Source of the DNA: Octopus vulgaris
Lineage: Eukaryota
Assembly (NCBI GenBank): GCA_951406725.2
Contig: OX597832.1
Location: forward strand, 1 to 64,000
DNA: 64,000 nucleotides
Direction: 5' to 3'
How positions within the stretch are numbered: the first letter of the stretch is position 1; every line of letters begins with the position of its first letter. Made by a program: the position numbers and the translations under genes. The notes beneath the pieces were generated by a model. That model saw only the letters and a list, made by a program, of their open reading frames with translations, ran no database searches and was not told the origin of the DNA. Positions 11,101 to 24,699 of this stretch are shown one piece after another.

Positions 11101-13408
11101 TTTTTAGTTTTTGTAAGGCTTGTTTTTCTCCTCTGTGGAGATTCTGTTTGCATTTGTGTGTTGAGAGGGAATTTGGATATTGTCTCTATGTATGCGTCAA
11201 GGTGTTTGTCACTTCCCTTGTAAGGGGTGAAATGGGATTTTTTTCTTATGATTGAGTTATCTTCTGTTTCTTTATTTTCAAAGAATTCCATAAGGCAGAG
11301 GTGGCGGCTGAAGTTGTCTATATCAGTTTTTAGTTCTATGAGGTTTGGAGTGGGTGTAGGTGTAAATTTGAGGCCTTTTAGTAGTAAGTTCATTTCATTT
11401 TCGTTAAGTTCTCTTTTAGATAGGTTTATTATTTTGGGGTCTATGTGCTTTGTGTGTACATTCGGAATTTTTGTTGTATTGGGTCAGGAGTATGGTTGAA
11501 GTATCCTTTCCCTAAAAAAGGGTTTGTGCTGTTGTGTCTCCAAATTCCATTTTCAGGTCTTAGGTTTTCTTGTAGTAGTAGGGGTGGTCTGTATGTGTTG
11601 TTTTGTCTTTGGTAGTTGTTTTCTTCCCAGCTTCTGTGTTTGTTGAGCCAATTTCTGTTACTGGGGTTCAGGTTTCTTTGTGGGTAGGTGGATGGTTTAT
11701 GTTTTGTGTTTGTATTGTATTGATAGTGGGGGTTGTTTTTATCCATCTTGTAAATTTGTGGGGTCGCTTAAATTTGTTAAGTAAACTGTATTAAACACAC
11801 ACACACAGTTCTACACATATGTTTTGATTTTTGAAAATACAATATTGAACAAAGGATATTCTAATATTTGAATGAAACCATTTCACTTTAATTTGTGGAA
11901 CCAGTTGCTCCTGTATGATAAAACTTAATATTTATTTAGCTGTCAATCAGTGAGATATTAGACTAAATCAATTGAAGATCAGACAACAGACTCAGTAGTT
12001 GTCAGTTTGTATTCTGTCATCTGTAACTTCAACACAAGAAAGTCTCTTTTTCAAGTATGGACCTTATGAAATTTTGCTCATCATACATTGAAGGACAAAT
12101 CTTTCAATTTGCAATTTAACATAGTATAGCATTTAGTATATATATATATATAGTGGTATACATATCAACACAATTATTTCTTCTTCTTCTCCTTTCTTCC
12201 CTTCTCCAACCTCACAGACACCCACACACATACACACCTACACAAAACAATAATAAAAAGAATTCTTCTTCTCTAAAACCCCAAAACCATTTGACCATCC
12301 CTCATTAAACACACACACATAAACACTCTCTCACAATGATAAAAAGGAAATATAATTTATGGTCTACCTTCTTATGTCCCTGCCTGCCACTACACACTCA
12401 ATAACACTATGAAATGGTCAAAAAATCTTTTTTCCCCAAGATCTTGGACCCCACTTGGAGTAAACATCCTGTCCAGCAGAACAAAAATTTTTTTCTTTAA
12501 CACTCTTTCCAAATACAAAAACACACACACACATACTCTCTCTCTCTCTCTCACTTTCTCCTCATCCATCACCCTCTTGTACTGTCTTATATTCCTCCCC
12601 ACCACTACAAACTCAATAACACTATAAAATGGTCAAAACTTTTTACACAGGAACTTAGTTCGATTTGAAAACCCCACTAGAATGGGAGAAAGTGCTAATA
12701 TATGATCTAAGTTATATGATGTATAAAAATATGTAATATACAAATAAATATCTGTAAATATAAAACCATCCGAATTTTTGAGTACCTCATTTCTTCTAAT
12801 ATATATATATATATATATATACATACATATATATAGCAATGAGAAAATGGAGGGGATCAAGCGGTGGTATTCAACTTTTAGACATTATGTCTATTTATTT
12901 ATTTTTTAAAAAAACAATTATAACAATATACATACATGTATAACATATGATGCTTTACATATATAATATACAAAATATAAAAATGCCAGTAATTATTAAA
13001 ATATATAACATAGAATATAGAAAGTAGAATAGTTTCTTACAGCTGTTTCAGCCAAGAGGTCATAACACCCTACTTTACTTCCATCCCTTCAATGAACTGA
13101 AGTATTTGGTAGATAAGATTAAGGTACTTGGGTGTGCCTCTGAGCTTTGTCAGCAAGTTTAGAAAGTTTCATAAGGCTAAGTTATAAATACATACATATA
13201 CATAAATAGACATAAATACATATCTATACATTTATATGTATATGTATATGCATAGGAAGGAATCAATTATTATTATTAGGTGTATTATATTATTCTTATT
13301 AGATAAAATATAAACAGAAGAAAGAGAAAATTATCAAAAGAGAAATAATAGTGGAATTTAAATAATCAATCTATCTTAGGATTATTGTAATGAAAAGGTA
13401 TATGAGGA

Positions 13409-13444
<36 letters not shown>

Positions 13445-14170
13445 GTACTGGGAGAATAAAAAAAGGAACGAAGCGAACGAATGCCTTCGAAACACGCTGG
13501 AGCCGAACTAGTGACAGCTGATGATAGGGGATTTTTCCTTGTGTAGTATGTCCTGTACTCTGTTGGTGTTTGTGTGGTTTTGATTTCCTCGATGTTTGTT
13601 GTAGGTTATGTGTTGATTTCTATCCACTTGTTTATTGTTCCATGTGTGTGTCCATTTAGAATGTCCAGTGTTATGTGTTGGTGGTTGTTCATATTCTATT
13701 TGTTCTCTCCAAGTGTTATAGGTTGTTGATTGTATGTATCATACTTGTCTTGCTGTTTGTGTGTTTGTTTTTGTGTGGTTTTGGGTTGATGGTTGTCTTT
13801 CATATTTTGTGTATCTGTTTATTGGGGGGTTCGGCAGTGTAAGGAGCGGGATTTTGGTTTGTGTTTGGTAGGGCTTATTTGGATGTCTGGGAGTCCAATA
13901 TGTTCGTGATATTGGTTTGTTGTATCTTTTCATCTGTTTTGGTAGTTTTTTTGTCTTCATAATTGATTTTTCCCCGTAGTTTAAAGACCACTCCTGTTGT
14001 TTGGTCCACATAATTCCGGATCTTTCCTCCTCTCATTTGGTATCCTCTTTCCATAATTGTTGTAGTTTTTCTTTGTTTTGGTTATTGTTCCTTTCTGGTA
14101 TTTCGGCCATTATAACGGCATCAATTGTTTTAATCTTATCTTCCTGGTGTGAGCTTCGTGTTTGTAGAAC
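8177..14170 (-). mobile_element. Penelope-like element (RT + Cys linker + C-terminal GIY-YIG; Neptune/Naiad-type layout), decayed and interrupted by an inverted duplication
   Basis: LLLKGLKFTPTP; AMGTKFAPSYANLVMG; WKRYLDDCF; LPFLDINI; YKKTDTHQYLNFHSCHP; linker ECRDGRCGICS; GIY-YIG NVIYCITCPTCKEDYIGETG...H...H ending at 9245. Putative N-terminal part at 13565-14170; ends abut (TA)n. Confidence 0.9.
11770..13564. repeat. Right arm of inverted duplication
   Basis: Starts AAATTTGTTAAGTAAACTG (reverse complement of 9192-9210) and ends TCCTGTACTCTGTT (reverse complement of 7177-7190). Confidence 0.95.
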
Positions 14171-14369
14171 ATATATATATATATGTTATCGTCTTAACTT
14201 AAAGGAAAAGGGCTATACTATCCCAGTCTTTGAGCACCCGGTCAAAGTACAACCATTTCATCTCCACGTGACTTGGTAGTCTTCCATAATTTGATTTTTC
14301 TTAGTGAAAATCGTGCAGGTGTTAATATCAAAATTTACGTTAATTTTGATGGCAGAAGAAAAATTCTTC

Positions 14370-15100
14370 AGAAATAATACTGCAACTTTGTAAAACTGCC
14401 TGTAAAATGTTTGTCACTCTTGGTTGGTGCCACAAAAGAAGCGTATGAAAAATCATGATATAAATTTGATCTTGGATCTTGATGATCACAATTTACTGAA
14501 GATAGAGGTGAACAGAAATAGAAGAGGTGCTGGACTTCTATACCACAAGAAGCATCTCCTGTGAAACATGAGTCCATCTGATGGTGGCAACAGGGAATAT
14601 TCGTTGGATGATAGTGATTGTGATAACAGCAGTTCAAAAGTGTCTGAAGTAATGGAGTTTCCTCTCAATAGGTTTTGATGATAATTGACATCAACAAGAA
14701 ATCTACACCCTCAAGTCATTGATGAGTTGGAAGGAAGTCTGCAACATGATTCCAGACACTCTTCACCTGGTATGTTAGAAGAAATGAAAACAAGTACCAC
14801 TGCTGTCACCATAGATGAAAAGTTAGGTAGTTCTCCCGGCATGGATCCCACAAAGAATACAAAAATCCATTGCAGACATTGCCCTGAGTTTGATGCCTTC
14901 ATAACTGGTTACATATTTTTGGTTGTTCTAGCTAACTTTGGTGAGGTAGACATAAATTAGCTCCAATCAGTGGTCTACTTGGACACTATTTAGATAAAGT
15001 GTTCCTTAGCAACAAGGATTTTCGTTTGTCTGTAAAAGTAAATTCCAACTTCCACAAAGATAAATACGATGTTCTCAGATCAAATCCTAAAGCATACAAC
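14370..15100 (+). pseudogene. TOE1: TOE1-like (Target of EGR1, CAF1-family deadenylase) C-terminal pseudogene fragment
   Basis: Manual translation: CKMFVTLGWCHK..(frameshift)..MKNHDINLILDLDD (CCCH finger region), HCPEFDAFITGYIF (cf. HRAGFDAFMTGY), KVFLSNKDFRLSV (cf. NKVYLSGK..PL.V). Several in-frame stops; N-terminal nuclease part absent. Family assignment is from memory. Confidence 0.72.
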
Positions 15101-15639
15101 ATTAAGAACTTGACAAATAATAAATCTAGTTACAATTTAACTTCTGGAAATGAGGGTATGCGTATGTTGAGTGTTGCTGTGTTTATCCTAAATGTTTGTG
15201 ACAGAGTGATCAAGGCTTTAGTAGAAAATGAATTCCTGAAATCATGTAGTTGTCAAACTCCTCAACTGCCTTTCTTCATCTTGATGATCTATGTCTATGA
15301 AACATCTTTCCATATACTCCAACCTTTAAAACACTGATGTAACTCGTGTTAATTGTCTATCATATCTGCATCTAACTTTATCCATTGCTGCTGTCATTAC
15401 AAAATCAATAGAGTATAGGACTAAATGCTCTACAGATTTTATTTATAGCTTTTATATTTTGAGTTCAAATCCCACTGTACTCAACTTTTGCTTTCCATCT
15501 TTCTTCAGTCAAATAAGTGCCTGGTTGACATAATTGACTATATCATTCCTCAAAATATACTGCCTGGTGCCTTAAATATAGCAATGAATTTAAAGTGCAT
15601 GTAGTTCACCAAAGCTCAGTTTTCTCCAATTCACTATAG

Positions 15640-16270
15640 TTTTCCAGGCCATAATAGAGTTTAAGACCAGTTGTTCTTGGAGGCTGCTATATGCTGATCA
15701 CCTCATTCTAATACCTGAATCTTTTGTAGAATTAGAAAAGAAATTGCAGGTATGGAAGCAAAACCCGGAATTAAAAGGCTTTAAATTTACCAAAGTCTAA
15801 GCTTTAGTAAGAAAACAGACAAGACCCAACTCCTTTCAGAAAAACAACATGCTTGATATGTAGGTGGAAATTTCATATAATGTATGTGGTGCATACTTGA
15901 GAAACAGTGGAATCACAGGAAGGTTAACAGAAAGCAGACTTCCTTACACATCACATGTCAAAACCAACACAGCCCTCTTTTCTGCACACATCTGATCCCT
16001 CTTATGCCCAGTTTTTATCTTAACTCATTGTACTCTGTCATTGCACATCCAGTCAAGCATGCTTGCTTCGTTTCTTTCTAGTCTTTGTAGACTCTCTGCA
16101 TTCAGGGCCCTTGTCTCACTTCCATGTAGCATTGCAATTCATAGATAAGCATCATACAGACTGATTTTTCCCACTGGGAGGGAAACTTTTCATGACCGAC
16201 AGAAGTAATAGTTCTCTGAACTTTCTCCAGTCTGCTTGTACTTTGGCTATTATACTTTCAGAGACATGGT
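15640..16270. mobile_element. Degenerate RTE LINE fragments (one +, one -)
   Basis: LLYAD..WKQN motif on + at ~15680-15780; minus-strand copy of the RTE C-terminus (GATGCTTATC...CATGGAAGTGAGAC) at ~15930-16270. Confidence 0.55.
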
Positions 16271-16344
16271 TGGGAAGCAAGCTTCTTAACCACACAATAT
16301 GTAAGCATGTAACGAGAAATAAATATATACATTACACTCATATA

Positions 16345-17611
16345 CAAGGGGCGTTCAATAAGTAATGCCCCTGACCCACTTCCCATAGCAGTAGAGCAAC
16401 GACACTTGGCACAGTTATTAGTCTTTTCCTACATAGGAACTACCCAGAGTTATGCATTTCTTCCATCGTTTGATACAGCTCTGGAGACTGTTTTTGTAGA
16501 AGACCCCAGCTTGGTCCACCAACCACGACGTGATTTCAGAAATCAAGGCTGCATCATCTGGGAAACGCTTTCCTTTCAAAATCAACTTCATGGCTGGGAA
16601 GAGGTGAAAATCAGAGGGTGCAAGGGGAGGAGTTCATAGCTGCACGCCTGTGCTTCTGATCTGGCGACACACGAGTTGTGGACCGGAGCGTTGTCCTGCA
16701 GGAGGAGGATGCCTTTGCTGATCTTGCCCCGCCTCTTGATTTTAATAGCTTCTCTTAATTTCCTCAAAAGTGAAGCATAATAGGCTCCTGTAATTGTGGT
16801 ACCCTTTGCCAGGAAATCTGTCATCACTACTCCGTCCTGGTCCCAGAAGACTGTGAGCATAACCTTGTCAGCAGAGGGCTGCACCCTTGCCTTCTTTGGA
16901 GGAGGTGAGTCACGGTGCTTTCACTGCATTGACTGGGCTTTGGTCTCTGGATCATAGTGATGGACCCAGGTTTTATCCTGTGTGATCAGTCTTTTGAAAA
17001 ATTTTGGCTCATCTTTTTGGCACATCTCCAAATTCATCCTCGAGCACTCAACGCGTTCTTGCTTCTGGAAAGGTGTGAGCAACCTGGAAATCCATCTGGC
17101 AGACACCTTTTGCATATGCAAATGGTCATGAATGATAGTTTCCACAGACCCGGTACTAATCTTGACCTTATGGGCTATTTGGCGAATAGTTATGCGTTGA
17201 CCTTCCAAAACGGCAGCCTCAACTTGACGGACAGACGTCTCAACGGCAGAAGGGGGTGACCAGATCTGGGAGCTGTTTCCACAGAGTTCCGACTATGTTT
17301 GAATTCACAATGCCAGCGTTTTACAAGGTCATATGATGGGGCATCATCACCATAAGTTACTTTCATTTCATCAAAAGTCTCCCGTGGTGTGCGTCCTTTC
17401 AAATACAAAAACCAGATCACTGCTCGACACTCAACAGGCTCCATTTCACACTTGACTCAGTTCAAACACCTGTAAATCAGAAACCACAATTAGTTCAGAG
17501 CTGTAATTCGCCACTTAATCTATAGAGGTATAAATAAGTGCACATGCAAAATTTCAGCTAGATCAAACAACTGCAAGTGGGTCAGGGGCATTACTTATTG
17601 AACGCCCCTCG
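16345..17611 (-). mobile_element. Mariner DNA transposon, near full length, with disrupted transposase
   Basis: ~37-bp TIRs C(A/G)AGGGGCGTTCAATAAGTAATGCCCCTGACCCACTT and TA TSDs (16343-16344, 17612-17613). Transposase pieces: CRAVIWFL, VSARWI, ITQDKTWVHHYDPETK, KVMLTVFWD, LLQDNAPVH; frameshift, stop codon and small deletion at YSPDLAP. Confidence 0.95.
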
Positions 17612-18020
17612 TATGTATGAATGGCAGTTTGTCAGGGTGTCAAATCACATATATCTCAAAAGAAAGTGAAAGCAGATAGTTGGGAGCAGGGAACTTTACC
17701 TATAAAAGATGGGCTCTTTTTCAGTTGCCCTGTACACTTTATAATTATGTATGGTATCTAATTAAAAATTATGCTCTCCCTATGTGAAATTAGTTTGAAA
17801 GTAACTATTCTTCTATTTAAAGTACAACTATAGTATAGTATCTCTTGAACAGCTGAAAAACATTTAAGCACTGAACTTGACCAAGACAATAAAGAGATTT
17901 GTAAACTTTTCAGGTACATATTTTCAGAGAAAAAGTTCAGAGTTCAATTTGACTGCTTTTACTCTTTACCATAGAACTGGCCACAATCTAAGCCCTCATG
18001 CAAATATATATATATATATA

Positions 18021-18051
<31 letters not shown>

Positions 18052-18476
18052 GTATATGTATTTATATATGTGTGTGTGTGTTTATATATATATATATACA
18101 TATGTATATGTATATATATGAAAAATAAAGGCAGTTGCTGAAGTCTCCATACATGTTATTTAAGTAAATAACAACTAACATTTTTAAAAGTGTCATTTGA
18201 AAATAGTTTAAACACTATATAAATATCAAGCTCTTTATGTCCTGTTATGAAATTATTTGTACATTAAAAGTAAAAATTCAAATTCTTTCATTTGATTGCT
18301 CTGTAAACTTCAGAATAATGCATGAAATCTCTGTTATACATCATAGTGTATAACAATGTTCTTCAGTCACACATCACACATTCCACTGTTACACATGCTT
18401 TATATTCCATTATTAAGAAATAAGCATCTTTCTTTTTCTCATGATGATACAAAAATATTTTCCAGATATTTCACAT

Positions 18477-18774
18477 ATGACCCAAGCCTCACCAGATCCT
18501 GTATTTATCCTCCGAAATTCTGACAAAAGTCCAATAACATGTCTAAAGTTTCTAACATTTCCATCTGGTACCTTCCTGTCTGCTGGAACTCAGAATGGAG
18601 ACATCAGTCTCTGGGATATGAACTTAAAACGTGTGACACAGCAAGAAAAGAAGGCTCATGAGGTTCGAGGTCTTCTTTGGATTGACCAACTTAAATGTTC
18701 AGGACATGTAGTAACCACTGGTCGAGATGGACATCTTATCTTTTGGGATGCTGGAAATGGTTGGCAGAAAATAA
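18477..18774 (+). CDS. GNB1L: GNB1L (G-protein beta-1-like WD40 protein) coding exon 1
   Basis: MTQASPDPVFILR...ISLWDM...TTGRDGHLIFWD. Acceptor TTTCCAG ending 18465 implies an upstream UTR exon; donor A|GTAAGT at 18775; phase 1. Confidence 0.85.
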
Positions 18775-20793
18775 GTAAGTAGTTAAGAAGTGAAATATAC
18801 TTTTAGCATTATTGTGTTGGCCCTGATAATATCTTTGTATTCACTTGTATGCTGTTCTGTTTAAGATTTAGGGAAGAAAAAATAGTGGTATATTTCCAAG
18901 TTTGATAAACTGGGGTTTGGGGGTTTATTCAGTAAAGCTGGTATAAATTGCTAATATTACCTCTATATATTGTTAATAGGTTGAATAAATAAATCAAATA
19001 CTGCAGTTGATTCAATTAACTAAACCCCTCTGTTTTCATATTGTGGTATTGCAGGAAAGTTAGAAATCAAATATCTACCATTGAAAGTGGAACAGGATTA
19101 AAACATTAGTATTCAAAGATTATCAGGATACATTTGAAGAGAATTAATTGTAAGTTAAAGTGTTCCACCAATGATTATCAGGACATTAGTTTTAATTTGT
19201 GCTATTTACTCAATCTTGGCTAAAAATATTTTTATCATTTAAACCTCTTTTCAAAAGTTTATTCTAGTGTCCAGTACTACAGAACTGTGTCTGTTGGACT
19301 AATGTCAGAAATGCAAATATAAAGTTAAACAATAGAAAAAAAAATTTGTCTTCTCCTCATTTTATGCTTGCTTACCAATTATCATGTTCCAGGGGGTTGG
19401 GGGCCATATCTCACTTATACATTCCATTTTTGTTATGGTTTCTGTGGTAGGGTGTCCTTTCTAACACCAATCACATTACTGATTTTACTGGGTACATTTT
19501 ATGATGGTACCAGCACTAGAGAAGTTGCTTTACCCTGTATTGTCTCCATATGTTTGAGGCAATGTGAAGAGAGAGTGGAAGAGCTGGTGTGAGAGGGTGA
19601 TAAAAAAGCAAGTATATGATGTAAAAACAGAATGATAGATGAGGGAGTAACAAAGCTGGTTAGACAAAAGCAGCATGAGTAGTGTATTGGGGAAGAAAGA
19701 GTACCTGGGAGAGTGTATAGAAATGAGATAGGTCAACAGTGATAAAAGTAATGAGAAAATGATGGATGTCAATATTAGTTATAAAGGAAAGTTGAATATG
19801 CATGTCTGATAACATCCCTTGTTACACAAGTAGTGTGATAGGAGAGAGATGGGTAGAGACGAAGATTGATGATTGGAGTGTTTCAATATGGACGAGTCTA
19901 AACTTCCCTTATTACCACTATTTTAGCATGTCTAAACATACTAATGTGGGTGGGTGAGTTTTCTCCAACATTGCATATCACCACTTGTGGTCTTTTGAGG
20001 TTCAACTTCTTGAGATCAGTCTTCATCATTTTACCCTATGCCTTCCTCTTTCACAGAGGTTAACTTGGAGTGCTTGGCACTTCTTTATAAAGCTGTCACC
20101 TATCATGCACATTACACAGATGTAGCAGTGTAGTCATCTCTCTTGCATGCAACATCTTATATCCAACTGTTCTCTTGGTTCTGTCGTTTATGCTCATAAA
20201 CATTACATTTAATGGAATATGCTTGCTTCATTTCTTTCAGAATATCCACCTCCACCAATAAAATCACGTATAACAAAAGCTATTTATTACTTCTAAGTTG
20301 ATCTCTAGGTATTTAAAAGCATTTATTTCAAGTGTAATCTTACAACTGCCACTTATGAGATCTTTGTCAGCTTGCCCATGATCCTACCACTTTTTTCTTT
20401 TGTTCATAGTTTACACTGAGCACAATGTATAGAATTTCTACTAAAAGTCTTGTCTTATATCCTGCTTCCTAAAAGGTCTCTTAGTTTTAAGTTTTGCTTC
20501 TTCCTTGAATTTCTTCTCTTGTTCCTGATCTCCCCCAAATTATAAGTACTGATTCTAACTCCTCTGTGATGGCTTTCAGAATTATACTAGCCAAGAGGGA
20601 CTGAGGACTAAGTTCCTATACTCTAAATTTCTTGAACACATTGCTAACTGTATCTGTACATGGCTTGCCTGGCCCTTACAAGACATTCATCTACTCCAAG
20701 TTTCTCAAATTACAGTGTGCATTTTTTAATTAAACTAGAATATTTAGAAATTAATTAACCGGTCTTCAACTTACAATTTATTTTCTTTTACAG

Positions 20794-21455
20794 ATGAAGT
20801 AGCAAAATGTTCCATTGGGTTCTGTCAAGGGTGTGTTATTCCAGGAGATTCTACCAACTCTCCCTTGATTGCTGTACCCTCTCAAGAAGAATCTCAAGTT
20901 AATATCATTGACTCTGTTAATCAACAAAATGTGGCATTCCTGAAACCATCTGACCATTTTGAAGGAAATAAATATGGTATGTGCATGGACATTGCTAAAA
21001 TGAAACATAACCAATCAGGACTCCTTATTGGTTATGAGAATGGATGTATTGCTTTGTGGGATATCAGAGAAAGAAAAATTATTGACTGTATTTCTTTGTA
21101 TGAAGAAATGGTAACGTGTGTTTGTTGTAGTGAATCTGGCCATGGTTGGTCAGGATCTGTAAATGACAAACTAACTCAGTGGTCTGTTTGTCAAGATAAT
21201 GGTTTCACTAAGTTGCCGGCTGTTCAGCTCACCAATTCAGGCATTAATCATATGAAATTAAGAAATGACGAAAGAATACTTGCAGTTGCAGGATGGGATT
21301 CAAACATAAGAATTTTGGGGACTAAAAAAGGGAAACCTCTTGCAGTTTTAAGTTACCATAAATTGAGTGTTAAGTGTGTTGCATTTTCAGACAATGACCT
21401 TCTTGCTGCTGGATCCCAAGATGGATCCATTAGTTTGTGGGATATCTATAGGTAG
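20794..21455 (+). CDS. GNB1L: GNB1L coding exon 2
   Basis: Acceptor TTTTACAG ending 20793, in frame with exon 1. SIGFC, YGMCM, LLIGYENGCIALWD, ILAVAGWDSNIRI, KPLAVLSYH, LLAAGSQDGSISLWDIYR*. Spliced CDS 960 nt = 319 aa. Confidence 0.9.
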
Positions 21456-23238
21456 ATATGCTAAAATTAAATGTTTTGGTTAAACACAAGCAGACATAAC
21501 AGTTTCATTAGAAGATGGGAGGATTACACAGATTTTCATGTCAGCATTTTAGGAGTCTACTGAATGAGTAATGTGTATGGATTATTAGGGAACATTTTCA
21601 CGACTGGATTTTATAGTTGACTAAGCTAACGGAGAATGTTTGCAGTAAGACAGAAAGGAAATTTCTCTAAGGTTACAATAAAATATTTGTAAAGGTGTCT
21701 CAAGTGGTAACTTCTTTCAGGCATCTTGTAAATACAGATTTTGCATTCTTCCACTAAATAATGTGGGGCAATATTTCTGTGCAAGGTTGTCAGCATTGGC
21801 AACTATGTTGTGTTGTGGGCTGTGGTAAAATAGAGTGATGAAGGAGCTTGGTGATAAGGTGTGTACTCAGAACAAGTGTATTGACTTGAAAGATATAATA
21901 AATAACATACTTTAAAACAAACAATACTCAGAGAAAATTCTGAAGCCATGGAGATACTGGCAAATTTAATTTTTCTTTTTAAATAAGAAAAAATATAGAA
22001 AATAATAAAGATTTTGTGATGATGAGAGAATAAATTGTCATTGTCATTTTTCTTTAAGCAATAAATCAGGCAAACTCCTGATGTAAAAGATATCAAGTAT
22101 TGCTGAGTCAAAACTTTATTGAAATTTAAAGATAGCATTGATCTAGTGGTGTAAGCAAATGACTTAAATCAGTGTTTAATATGTTTTGTGAATACCATCA
22201 AGTTTTAGAAGCAAACTTCGCCCCTACTCTGGGAAGCTGTGTTAAAATGTTGCAGTAGTGTCTATGAAGCTCTTTAACATAAAATCAATCTATCTCATAA
22301 CCCCCAAGGATTTAAAAAAGACCCCCTCAAAAATTAAAAGTCCTTACTATAGGAACAACCCCAAATGGCCTATTTTTGATGCAACTTTGAGTCACACAAA
22401 ATGACAATTTAAAAAGCAAGGAAGAGAATTAACAAACTCATTTTAAACACCTCGGAAAACTCGAAAAAAAAACTTTTGACTATAATAATATTAACACATG
22501 CACTAAGATTCATAAAGATTACCATTGGAATAAAAGTAAATTATACTTCTATATTCTATTGAAGAGATTAACCTTATCCTCTGTATTCCCATCCACATAA
22601 CATTCTTATCTTTTTTCAAAATATTGGGTTTCAATGATTTTTGTCTCCTCTGCTATTGTCCTAAAGAACAGTTAGGTGTCCATTTAGCCTCATGTACAAT
22701 AATGAGTTAACACTATGACACCAGAAGACAGTGAAATATAAAGTACAGACAGAAAATTAAGTCAACAGTTCCATGATCTTAGAAATGCAGATATGTCAGC
22801 TATATTATCATAGAGATATATAGTTAGGGAATACACAACAGAGAGAACTATGACAAGAAATATAGTTACACCAGAGAGAGTAACTGAAAAAAAAAAAAAA
22901 AAAAAAATTGACACACTAGAAGGTGTCATAAAACAAAAGACTGCTATATAAGAAAGTTTGATTTACAAGAGATATGTAAGAAAACAAAACAAAGAATTGG
23001 TTAGTAAAGTTAGTGAATCAAACAACTAACATCCTTATTGATTCCTCTCACTTTACTTCTATCAACACTATAAACCATAATAACTGAAACTTACTTTCAC
23101 TTCTAACATACTTTCAATTATCACTATGTAATACATATTGTGTGTGTGTGTGTCTATTGCATTACAAACATTTGTAGGAAATATTCCCACCTTTGGATTT
23201 TATAATATTTTAAAGAATTTGTTGAATCACTTCTTGAG

Positions 23239-23390
23239 TTAAGCTGACTCAGTAGCAGCTTTGAACAGTGCAGCAATTTTCTTCCAGTTGGCGATGTTGA
23301 AAATAGCTTTCACATAATCTGGACGTACATTCTTGTATTGCAGATAATAGGCATGTTCCCACACATCGATGCCAAACAGCGGTACCAAAC
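23239..23390 (-). CDS. SOD2: MnSOD coding exon 4
   Basis: [36 protein letters not shown] signature; acceptor AG at 23392-23391; TAA stop. Confidence 0.97.
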
Positions 23391-24699
23391 CTGATATTTG
23401 TAAAAAGGAAGAGACAAAAAACACAAATAAAATAATTTCAATAATAAAAATGTAATAGTTTAGATGTAAATTTAATTGATATATAGTGACATCAGTGAGT
23501 TTGCTGATGGAAGAAATGCATTTCTAATCCTAAAGACAGTACATTGAATAATATGGAAACAAATATATCACACCTCCAAATAATTCATAAGTTTATGAAT
23601 TTTGCTGAGCATTTTTGGTAAAAAAAAAAAAAATACCACACTGAGACTAATTATGGTGTACATCATATTGTATTATAGAGTGGTGTATGTTTGTGTGTGT
23701 ATACACAATACTAGCACGAAAACTACAGGTGCAGGCATTATAATATTAATTAAACCAAGAAAAGTATAGAACAAGAAGATGAAAGCTTAAAAATATTGCA
23801 GCTGAATTTAGAATTAAAATAAGTTACGTTTTGCTTTCATTCAAATGTAAAACTATACTCTCTGTTTAGATTCTAATTCCCCTATGAAGAAATTTAGCTT
23901 CAAAACTTATATTTACTCCCCACAAAATAAAATACGGTGGATATTGGGAGGAGGTAGAGGCACTTGTATATGATGGAGATGTATCCTATCTTTCAAAATT
24001 ATTCAAAAATACCAATGAGAAACCCAAAATGAAGAAGAAAATACCAATAGAACAGAGCAGTAGTTGAATTGAATGATGTCAATGAGAAAGCAGTACAGCA
24101 AATATGTGTTGGCCAGTTAAAAGTAAAAGAGGTTTGATCACATTAATATTCTCATGAAATATTTTGAGGACCCTATGAATATCAGCTAGCTAGCTTGAGC
24201 ACAACACAAGTCTCCTCATAGATCCGACCCAAGATGTCTCAATGGACTATGACAAACTAAGCATCTGATGGCAAACTTGGTGACACCTCGGATGTTGTTA
24301 TAAATAACCTTGTGATGGTCCTTGGCATCTCCATTGCCTAGCAGTTTACTGCCCTTTTGCATCCAAACATAACAATCAGGTGGAGAATGATAAGAAAATA
24401 AGCAGAATACATCAAACTGATGAAAAAAAAAGAAATATTACTAAAACAAAAAACAATTTTTGTAAACTTTTTAACATTTTGTAGTTGTTTTGTACTTTTG
24501 ATATTCAAATGCTAATACAGGCAAACCCTGTGTTATATCTACCTCAGGTTAAGGGATTTCATGTTTATGGAAATTGTAAGGTCTGAAAAGGTTTGAGAAG
24601 CACATGAATTTGCACAACATAAAAATGATTGATGAAACTGTGAGCTGATACAGAGGCTGTCACTAGTTATCCTGAAGGGGGCAACACATCAGAGCAAGT

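Noticed and set aside
9245-11400. Selenocysteine-recoded (Naiad-type) PLE ORF
   Set aside because: Disruptions seen are mainly frameshifts; no conserved in-frame TGA at Cys positions or SECIS was identified.
13480-13535. Permuted hammerhead (GAAA...CTGATGA) at the outer end of the inverted arms
   Set aside because: No convincing stem I/III or cleavage triplet could be drawn.
18441-18476. Upstream ATGs of the ORF-track version of GNB1L exon 1, and intronic extensions of the SOD2 exon ORFs
   Set aside because: They lie outside the splice acceptors/donors that give in-frame, family-consistent proteins.
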